From Rotaria socialis (Eukaryota): a stretch of DNA of 64,000 nucleotides. The DNA lies in assembly GCA_905331295.1 (NCBI GenBank), contig CAJNYD010000223.1:124001-188000 (forward strand), read 5' to 3'. The notes beneath the pieces were generated by a model. The model did not search any database and was not told the DNA's origin. It saw only the letters and a list, made by a program, of their open reading frames with translations. Numbering within the stretch: position 1 is the first letter of the stretch; each line of letters starts with the position of its first letter. Shown piece after piece: positions 24,222 to 34,368 of the stretch. A program made the position numbers and the translations under genes.

Positions 24222-27200
24222 TGTAAATTTAGACACAGACACCAAAAACACCCTGAAACCTGTTGGAAAAGATGTCAAATTAAAAACCGATCTGGTAGCT
24301 TCCCATTAAAATCACAATAACTTTTTACCGAGCTAATGGACTTTTTTGTCAAGTATTTTTAGGAATCTTATAAGCGTTAAGGACTCTAGTGAGGCTCCTC
24401 TAGTCGTGAATAGTTTTTGCTTATCTTTAGAGGTGTTCGAATGAATTTTATGTTTTCGTCAGCAATCGTCTTGAAACTTGGTCAATTCGCTGTTCCCCTA
24501 AATTGGCAGAAAGATGGCTGAATCTCGAATCCAGGTTGAGCTACAGGCAGCTTCGACAGTTTTTTTTTTCTAACCATGTTTTTTTATGTGCTTCTGCCAC
24601 ATGCCAGTTGTAAAAAAGATAATTGTCAAAACGAGGCGTTGCCGCCATCATTCTTTCTCAGAATCTAACTCAGTTTCCTCTGAACTTCTAACAAAAAGTC
24701 GTACATTTTGGTATGAGAGTCGCCCTTCTTCTCTCGCTCTAGTAGGATTTCATCCACGTCGAGAATATTGGGTGTGATGTGGTCTGCTCAATTCTCGAGA
24801 ACAATTAGAGTATTATTTTAACCATACAACGATTGACTTGAAATCTATTGTTTACTACATGACAGAATTTTTCCATCAAAAAACTATATTGAGTTAATCT
24901 TCCCTGTCTGGCAAGGTGTATGGCTTTTGAACGAAATCTATATCTAATTGCTATTCGAAAAATGCGAGAAATACCTTTTTGTAAACCAAACCGTTGAGAT
25001 GGCGGCAATTTAGAATCGAATTTGCCATCGTTTGTAAAAAGTTGCCAATCAGTTTTCTTCTTCCGTCTGCCAGTTATAACTGTAGCTTCGGCCATTAAAG
25101 CTTTTCTATGTGTTCAAAGAAGCAATTTTCGTATTTTAGTAGAATTATGAAAAAAAACAACAGTTAACTGCTGTACTGAATTAAATATATTTCTCTTCGA
25201 AATGGCTTCCAGATTACTTTTCGTCGAATTTTACAGAACAAAGAAATTTTTGTTATGAACTGTTCTTTTTTTTCTTGGAAAAAACAACTTACACATTATG
25301 ACCACGTTGACAGCGGCAAAACAGTTTATTACGAATAAACCTTTCTCATATTTTTTCTTTCTTTTTTTTTCTTTTATGTTTGTTTTACTTCGTACGTCAG
25401 ATCAATAATGTTCTTGACAAAGAAAACAAAAGAAACAACACCCTTTCAGAGAATCATGTAGCTAGCGGTGACAATTTTACTTTCTTTCTACTTTCAGAAA
25501 GGAAAGTTACGAAGTGTAATGAATCCGAGCGAAGAATATTTATTGAAAAACAAAACGGAAAAGAATGCCTTCACCAGAATATGGAAAGCTATATTTTTCA
25601 CGAAGAGCGCGTTCTATAAGTTGACGAATATGTTCGTTACTGAAAAGAACTCGTTCAACATCTGACTGAATGCATTCTTCAACGTTTCATACTGTTATGG
25701 AATGTTTTCTTTTCATTCTATTTGGGAACCGTTAGAAGTGAGGTCTATTTTGNAACTGAATAATGATAATCACAGGGACAGATATGCTCGTATTCAATTA
25801 TCTCCAATGAGATAAAGAATACATAATAATGTGTAGAGGACAATAGGAGAAAGAAAGATAGATGATGCTAATGATCTGTGTGTGCATACACAGATCATAA
25901 CACGTTCTCTACCATTCTGCATTTTTTCAAATGTACATACTTACACATATATATTCATTTGATAAATATAAATGCATTTATAGAGCCATTGCACGTAAGC
26001 CACGACCTACAGTCCTCGATTGAGTATGTCAGATATCGTTCATATTGATATATATGATAGACAAAAGTGATTGATGATGTTTGACACAAACCGCAATAAA
26101 AAATGTTGAACCAAAACATTTTTATTGGATTTTTACGAAAAGCGCTGAAATTCAAAATTTAAACGAATCCGTTCAGTATTGCGATTATATCTCGAGAACA
26201 AGTGAATCGATTCAGCTGAAATTTCGTGTAGATACTTACAATGGGTCATGCTCTTACAATAAAAAATTTCAAGTGAAACGGTTGTATTTTAACTTTTCTG
26301 TGTATAGCTTTGTATAAGCAAAAAATGATCATTTTATCAATTTTCATGGTCTAATATCTCGTGACCAAAACATAGTGTAGTGCTAAAATTTTATCTATAG
26401 AAAGTCATTACTCATGCCTTATTCTAGTGAAACTTTCAGCTTCTCAACACAAAACCTTCGTTCAGGTGAACCTTGGCCAAAATTAGCTTTTTCAGGCTGT
26501 GGCGATCTAAAAAACTATATCTTTTTTAACGATTTTTATTCTTCGCCCTGATAGGCCTGTCTTTGTTATATTAGATTCTGCAAAGAGTAGCGTGGAATTT
26601 TTATGGGAGTCATGACCAGGTTAGCTGCTTTTTTCAAGCTGAGCTTCGCAAACTAAAAAACATTTGGGACATGTGAACAAATTTTCATGAAGAGAATGAT
26701 GGCGTTAATATGCTGCATGTGGTTGGCTCGTATTTCAGTAAGGTGGAGGGGGCTGGGAGGTGGCATTAAAAAATTTATATCTTGAAAATGTATATTGTGT
26801 TGGAGGAGATAGAATATTTTTCTATTTCAACCATTATTAGACTCATGAACCTATGATAGAAGTGGGATCGCCTTTTAACTTTCATGATACTGCTGGTACC
26901 CATTGTTTATCGAAATCAGCACGAGTACAAACTATTTATGAACTGAACGTAGCAAGAGACGTTCAGTTCAAATTTAATGTTTCTAGATCGACTAATACAT
27001 TCTACATTACTCAATGTAGATAATATTAACAGTACACCTATTGTGTCAGAAATCAGTATTGAAATATATAGTATTCGAAAAATGTGTTCGACATAATGGA
27101 ATCCGGTGTGTGATAAAATGATCAGTGGCACATATGTAATTGTCACTTTAGGTTAGAGTCTACTATATTATGGGGCAGTGGAATTCTAAATAATCTTTAT

Positions 27201-27587
27201 TGAATAAACATTATAGCGGAAAATGTGAGTTTATATTGTATGTATGTTCGGCTTGATCACGAGAATGATTGAGACAGTCGACAGTGATGAGCGTATTGGA
27301 TTACGTCACACTCAAGGGAGAGACATTATTCAACGGAGCATTGTTGAGAGGAGAAATGACCTTTATTTTTTCTCTATTTCTCACAATAAATGATCTCGTC
27401 GATAAAAATAAATTGCAAGGAGTGCGACGAAATCAAGGACGAAAGAAGCAAATCGCTATGAAAAATAACTTTTTCGTGTAAGATGACTGATCAATACTAT
27501 CGTCCTGGTCGTGGCGTACCAGCTTACCCACTTTCAAGGGTAGGTAGTGATTCAACTATTAATAGCGATGGAACCTCGCGAATTTTG

Positions 27588-27737
27588 AGGGGTGTGGGTG
27601 TGGGTGTGGGTGTAGGTGTGGGTGTAGGTGCGGGTGTGGGTGTAGGTGTGCGTGTGGGTGTGGGTGTGGGTCTGGGTGTGGGTTTAAATAGCCACTTCAT
27701 TCATCCACAACCACACCCACACCCACACCCACACCCT
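27588..27737. repeat. Long telomere-repeat-bounded mini-element: ~15 (TGTGGG) units, a core, then (CCCACA)n
   Basis: Core GGGTTTAAATAGCCACTTCATTCATCCACAACCACACCC is near-identical to the copy at 40507. Confidence 0.8.
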
Positions 27738-28909
27738 CAGGAAATTAAGAGTCTTACCTTGTTAAATCGAACAATTGCAGTGTAAGGAGCCATAGTCTTT
27801 CAACTGATATTCATAGCATCTCGCAGCGAATGTATTTGAAGGCCCAGTGGTACCGGAAGACAGTTTAAAATAGATAACTGTTATCATATTTCATGTGAAA
27901 TTAAAGAGAAACATTTTAAATATAACTACGAAGAGCGACTACTCTTATTTTTGAATTAGCCAAATATTATAAATATATAGATGAGACTGGTCTATTCTTT
28001 CTGGTTATTTGAGTCAATTTTAGGCAAAAAAGGCATCAAGAATAGCTTTTCTACAAACTAAATTCGAAATTCATTTTTAAGGTAGAGCATGTTCTGATTT
28101 ATCATTTATTTTGTGTTTGAAACTGCATATTTCCAAACACTATAATTTGATCTTGAGTAAAAACTTTCGTCTCCTGCTGTCTCATGCGGAGCTCTGGACC
28201 TAATGATTGGCAGTTGTATTACTCGCTAAAATAACTTCTATTTATATAAGTACTCCATTAAGTGAATAGTATTCGATAGCATATTGAATACACAGGATTT
28301 CTAATTTAATCATTAAAAGCTTTATGAATCATTCCATTATAGAATTTTTCGCTTTTATTAGATAAACCAATAAAATAGTATACAGATAATTGTAATAGAA
28401 TATTTACTTCGATTCAATCGAAAACACTAACAAAAAATTAAAAAGATTTAAAAAATACATTTCAAATAATTATAGTTCGAGACGTGAAGGCTATTCTGTG
28501 TTGATTAGTTGGCTTGCTAAATCAATGGTAGATTATTTACATTAAAACATACCAGCGCACTCATCCCCATTGAACGCTTGATCCTCCGTTTCATTTTTCA
28601 GTTCGATCTCTCACTAAATCAATTCTTAGTAAGAAATAATTAGAACATAAATACTATGACAAAAGATATATGATTGAAAACGTAGGATTCAGTTTAAAAT
28701 ATAACAACATCTTTTTTCTTGTCTATGCAACGATACTACTTTTTCTGTGAGACATTGCAATTGATTTAAACCTGTGAAAGTAGACTCAGAAGAAATAAAT
28801 GATAGAGCAACTACGGTATGTAATTGCACAACATCAATATGGATGCAGTTGAAATAATATATTCTATATGAATTGTAACAACAGAAGGCTAAAGCGTCTC
28901 GATTACTTC

Positions 28910-28979
28910 GCTTTGTAAATCAATGGTAGATTATTTTTCTGAAACAAAAAACGTTGCGAGTTCAATTCTCGCCGAAGCA
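28910..28979 (+). pseudogene. tRNA-like sequence (GAA anticodon; tRNA pseudogene or tRNA-derived repeat)
   Basis: Acceptor GCTTTG/CGAAGC, D-loop-like TGGTAGA, anticodon arm TTTTT-CTGAAAC-AAAAA and T-arm GCGAG-TTCAATT-CTCGC. The 6-bp acceptor and weak D-stem argue against function. Confidence 0.55.
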
Positions 28980-29398
28980 CCCAACCCAACCGAACGCGCA
29001 ATCCTTCTCTGTATTTTTACTTTAAAATAGATTTGCCATGAAATTCGTTTTCAGCGTGTCACAAGAAATATATATTTAATCAAAAAACAAAAAGACTCTT
29101 AATTTAAAAATAAACTATATGCCATTGTTTATCCTTGCGAATGTATAAAAAAATGAAGTTTTGTGGTTTTCTGTTTGATCTATGCAAAAACAATGTTTGT
29201 ATAAATATGGTTAACGACATGAGAGTTTAGTCAAATGAATTGAATAGTTTTTTTTCCATCAGAGATTTTTATTCATGACATTTTATAGGATATCTACGCA
29301 TATAGTATTTCGTATAGCTTTGAAATCAATAGATAGTAACAACTTACCTCCTTCTACGGTAGACTCCACCGAGTTTTCTCTTAAAATCTTTCAAGTAA

Positions 29399-30326
29399 CG
29401 GGTGGGCCATAAAGAATTACATTATTCTGTTTTCGCTATAACTCAGTCAGTTTTGATGCTATTGGCCAAAGCTTTTTTCAAAAAGATTTGCCATTCAATT
29501 CTCTACAAAACCATATGTAAAATATTCTTGTAAACTATCAAACGGCTAAGTTATAAAACGAAGAGAACAGGTTTCTAAAATGTTTAACTTTCATGCTCAA
29601 AAGCCGTTTTTTTCTCAAATTCGCTTTCTATGGGAGAGCTACGAAGAAACTAAGACAACCATCTTAAAGAGCATTAAATTCTAGACAAGATGAATATCTT
29701 TGAAAATTTTCTTGATTAAAAAATGCGTAAAAAATTCAGGATAAATTTTTTCACTTTTTTGGAAAAACTCAACTTTCATTTCATGTTTTCTTGCTTGCAC
29801 GAAAACGCATGCCATTCAATAAAAAAAAAGATCTTTTTTGACGAGTTTTTTTTCTTTAAAAGTCAACATACTAGACTATATCTCTGCATACTCCTTCGAG
29901 TCATGCAAAGTTTTCCTCCGGTTGGTTTTCGTGAAAACCCCAATTAAAACGCTTCGGACGAGTTTTCGAAAAGTATCGATTTAAGAGGCGAAGGTCACTT
30001 TGAAAGAAAAGCTTTTCAAGGATATCGGAAGAAGCGTATTTGAAAATGCCAGAAAATGTTTCTCGGGCAATTTAGCTAATCCTGCGTATAAATTGGCGAA
30101 ACGTACTCCAAATATTAATGCATCTTGAGCTTGTAAGTTGAACATTTTAGAAACCTGTTCTCTTCGTTTTATAACTTAGCCGTTTGATAGTTTACAAGAA
30201 TATTTTACATATGGTTTTGTAGAGAATTGAATGGCGAATCTTTTTGAAAAAAGCTTTGGTCAATAGCATCAAAACTGACTGAGTTATAGCGAAAACAAAA
30301 TAGTGTAATTCTTTATGGCCCACCCG
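29399..30326. mobile_element. Tc1/mariner-type MITE with ~200-bp TIRs
   Basis: 29399-29600 is a near-perfect reverse complement of ~30125-30326 (CGGGTGGGCCATAAAGAATTACA...). TA lies on the right flank and TAA on the left. Confidence 0.85.
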
Positions 30327-30571
30327 TATAGTCGAACGAATTTTCTCATGCTACACGACTCATCATAATCGAGCTGAAAAACATCGCTCAAAAGTATAAG
30401 TAGTATCTTGGAAAACCAGTCAAAAAGAAAAGACAAATCTATTTGTGTTCAATGTTCTATTGAGCAACAGGTTTTCGTTTCATAAAAATTTCTGGAATTA
30501 AGACAGCATATAGATTCCTAATACTATAGCAATAGGTCTTTCTGATATAATAAAAAATGAATATCTCAAAA

Positions 30572-32494
30572 TTATGTTGCAGAATTCATAGCATTCGCTT
30601 GTGTATAATATTCTTGTGCTTTTTTTATGGAACCCTTTTTTTCATGAACCATACCAATATTTCGAAGTGCTGCTGCAATACTAGGATGTTGATTAGGTAA
30701 AAATTTTAATTTGATTTGAAATGCTTCATTATAGTGCTCTAGTGCATGATCATATTTTTTGATCATAAAATAGATATTACCGATATTGTTATGTATCGCA
30801 CTTAGACTGCGATAATCGATCGGTACATGTTGTTTTGCTATGTTTAATGCCATGTTATAGTATTCGAGTGCCTTTAAATAATCTTTCTGATCTTCATAGA
30901 CAGCGCCAATGTTATTTAGACACATGGCTACTTTTGAATGATTCTCGCCGAATGATTGTTCCCAAATTTTCAAAGCTTTCTCATATGACTTCAGTGCTTG
31001 AACATAATCATGTTTTTTCCGGTAAACTATTGCAATACTATTGTAACTCGATGCTATATTGGGATCGCTTGAATTTAGATTTTCTACTCTGATTGCCAAT
31101 GCATCCATATGCCACTGAAGACTTTCATCGTATTTGCCTTTCGCAGTAGCTAGAGTACCTAATGAATAATAGCAATCAGCATTATCTTTAGGGCTATGTG
31201 ACGATTCATTTAGAAAACGGCGATAGTATTTTTCGGCTTCATTAAATTTTCCCATATCACGTATTGTATTACCATATGTAAGCATATTTGTGTCTTGTTT
31301 TATATATTCATTTTTCATTTGATTAATAATCGATTTTGAATCATGATGTTCATCACTGGCAAGAGCAAGTTGAACGGTCCATAATTCATCTTTGTCACAG
31401 TCAACATTAAGTATTTTAAAAATTGATCCGAACATAAACAGGACCTCTTCTTCGTCTGGATAAAAACTAGATGATGTTATATTAGCAAACGGTTTGATAC
31501 CTTTCAATTGAGGATCAGCTTCAATTTCGAATAAAACCTGTTCAAGATCACTCGAATAATCGAGAAATAGAAGAGCTTTATCACGACGCGTACTTGTAGA
31601 AAAAAATGAATTCATAGCGATATGTTTACAAATGTAATTTTTAAATAATTCGATTTCATCTTTTGACATTAGTTGACATCGATAGAGACGCAGTGACGAC
31701 GAACACCGTCGTTTTTCTAATTGTTGTCCAATATCACGAATAAAAAAACGAAACAAAAATAGTAAATCAATATTTAACACACGAAGTGCTTTATTCATAA
31801 GCCGATAGAGAAATGCCTCTCGTGTATACCACCATAAACATCTTTCAGAAGAATAATATTTTTCGAAATCATTGAGCACTGATAATTCTGACAGAGGGTA
31901 ATGAATTCTTTCTTTTCAACTGAATTTGATTTCATACGCAGAAGACAATCGATCAATAATTCAGACTGAATAAATTGACCACTAAGATCATTCGTTGATT
32001 GTTCTTGTTTAGTATTTCTATTACTTAAATTTATAGGCAAAGGCTCATCAACCTTATTGCGACTTCGCCGTTCTTGATCTGACCGAATCAGAGAAATCAG
32101 TTCATCTAATAAAACAATTATACCCCTAACCTAAAACGACCAATAAATATGACTCGAGTAATTATTTGTAATATTCATCTACTTTTTTAAATTGATTAGC
32201 CCATAGTTCATTTCGTTTCTTATCTTTACAGTAGACATAAATAGCAGCGAGTTGTCGTAATGAATGAATGCGTGGTACTATGATTTGACCGAGCCGACCA
32301 CTCGCTATGAGTACAACGCGATCGTCTCTTTGCAATGATTTAATATAGGTTTCACACTTATCAGCATCATCAAATGTTTTCAAAAAATTTATCGAGGTTC
32401 GAAGTTGATGTTGAGCATCGATATTTTCTTGTGTTTCATTTACTGAGGCATCGAGCCAAATAAGAGAGAATGTTTCAAGATTTTCTTCAATCAT
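30572..32494 (-). pseudogene. Receiver-like + ART + TPR paralogue with a single frameshift (recent pseudogene or assembly error)
   Basis: Exon 1 reads MIEENLETFSLIWLD...QFKK, followed by intron 32131-32182. There is a frameshift near 31885 (ITLCQNY / ELSVLNDFE), then ART motifs LYRCQ / FFSTS / EEEVLF and TPR repeats. Confidence 0.75.
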
Positions 32495-32841
32495 GAATGT
32501 TGCCACTATATTTTCAATTCAGTCACGCGTTTGCAAAGTAATCTATGCAATGCAAAGCTACCACGATACAACAACCAATCACATAACGGAAGAAAAGAGC
32601 TGTCTATTGGTGATAAATTTAGCCAAGCAGAAAATTGAAAGCCTAGGAATATGATTATAGAGGACAGAATGGTTCTTAGTAACTAGCATAAATTCCAACC
32701 ATAATGTGTATAATACTTACTCTCATAGTTTAACCATACCTAATCACAAACGGATACGTATTGATATCGATGACTAAGATTACGTAGGAAATATATTTGC
32801 TCTTCAAGTCACTTTCATTGAGTTACAGATAGTAGCGTCCA

Positions 32842-32940
32842 AGGGTGTGGGTGTGGGTGTGGGTGTAGGTGAAAGCATAGATATAGTGTTTAGACCAACA
32901 CCATACCCAAACCCACACACATGCATACCCACACCCACTC
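32842..32940. repeat. Telomere-repeat-bounded mini-element at the gag truncation point
   Basis: AGGGTGTGGGTGTGGGTGTGGGTG...CATACCCACACCCACTC. Confidence 0.7.
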
Positions 32941-34159
32941 TTCTCGTAGACGGATACATTTTTGATCTGTATGTAAAGATAATTGGAATCGATTTTTGAT
33001 TTCGATTGTGAAAGTTTGCCATGATAAAAGTCGATGTTTTTTTTGCTCGAACCAACTTTTAGCATCATTGGTTAGACTTTTCGGAATAAGTTTTAATTTG
33101 ATTTCTTCACTGACTAATGTGGAAGAAAAATCCTGTTCAATATTCTGTAACCATTCGTCTACATCATCATGTTTATTGCCAGAGTGTTTTCGAATATTAT
33201 TAATTTTTTCTTTAATTAACTGTTGTTCGATGAAGTTATCATATTTAAATGAATTATTTCCAAGTGATTTCTGAAGTGGTTGTGGTTCCATGGATGATAA
33301 AGATGACATTGAATTAATATTAGAATTATTATAAATGACAGAATGTGATGCAACTCCATGATGTTGTTGGTGAAATTTTTCATTCATTAATTCTTGAATA
33401 TGTATCTGTTGTTGAAGTAAAAGTTAGCGTTGATCTTCAATAACTTTCTGTGTTTGAGCTAATTCGGCAGCAAATGTTTCACGTAATTGTTGTAATAGAG
33501 TATTTGAATGCGATGATCCACCGTCAGTTTTGATATTGTCAATTGTTTCCTGGATTGGAGAATGTATTAAACATTTCTTTTCTACGTCATGGAATTGTTG
33601 ATGTTCTTTATCAGTATTAGATATAAACGATAATGAATCGATATTTGTGGTTAACTGTTCCATATTATCTCCTTGTTGTACTAAGTCAATTTCGTTGAAA
33701 TCGGTATTTTCTGTATGTGTCTGTGATCGAGTACGTGAAGCGATAGGATTATCGATTGATTGTTCCATAACAACGAATGTTGACTAGTAATAAGAGTATT
33801 GCCGGGTTCGTTCGCTTGATTGAGAGTTGTTATTCAATAAGCGTGGCTAGTGCACCAATTGTTACAGTTTATCAAGGCCAAGAAAATTGTCCCTATCTTC
33901 GCTTCCTTTTATTAATGAATAATAATCACTTTTCACCTCCTTAACAACAAACGCTCTTGTACATATATATATATATATATGAGTAGAAGAAAAAGAAGAT
34001 CAACGAAGAGAAGAGAATGTAGTAGAAGAAGATCAAAGAAGAGAGGAGAAGGAGAAAGAAAAGAAAATACATATATCAACCATGTACTACATCTAGCGAA
34101 CAAGAATATAATTGTTCGCTTACACTGTTCTCTGTCGTTCTTCTCCTTTGCACGTGACA
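32941..34159 (-). mobile_element. Truncated Ty3/gypsy-type LTR retrotransposon: 5' LTR, PBS and gag fragment
   Basis: 300-bp LTR at 33860-34159 (TGTCAC...GTAACA on the minus strand), followed by PBS TGGTGCACTAGCC. The gag starts at 33768, has one in-frame stop at 33424 and a retrotransposon-gag motif (DVDEWL...LTNDAKSWF...SWQTF...NRF). Confidence 0.8.
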
Positions 34160-34368
34160 AAGTGTAAGCGGCAGAGCGGTATAAAGTTATTATTTCTGCG
34201 CTGCATTTTTCGTCAAACCATTCTAGTACTGTAGTTTGTGTGCATAGCGGCGTCTACACATACACACACATCAGTTTGTGTGAATGTAGCGATGTAGTCA
34301 AAATATAGTAGTACCAGTTACATTCATATTCACTTTAGATTGTTCATATTGAAGACAGTGGCAGTTCC

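Noticed and set aside
24560..25095. Minus-strand 96-aa ORF with possible spliced continuation
   Set aside because: No recognisable domain and stops in the continuation, so no call can be supported.
25751..25901. TG...CA segment as a solo LTR
   Set aside because: No TSD, PBS or second copy in the window.
27483..27785. GV-repeat/HP-repeat ORF
   Set aside because: Translation of (GGTGTG)n and (CACCCA)n repeats, not a protein.
33933..34167. Arg-rich and Leu-rich short ORFs
   Set aside because: They lie in the purine-rich LTR and are compositional artefacts.
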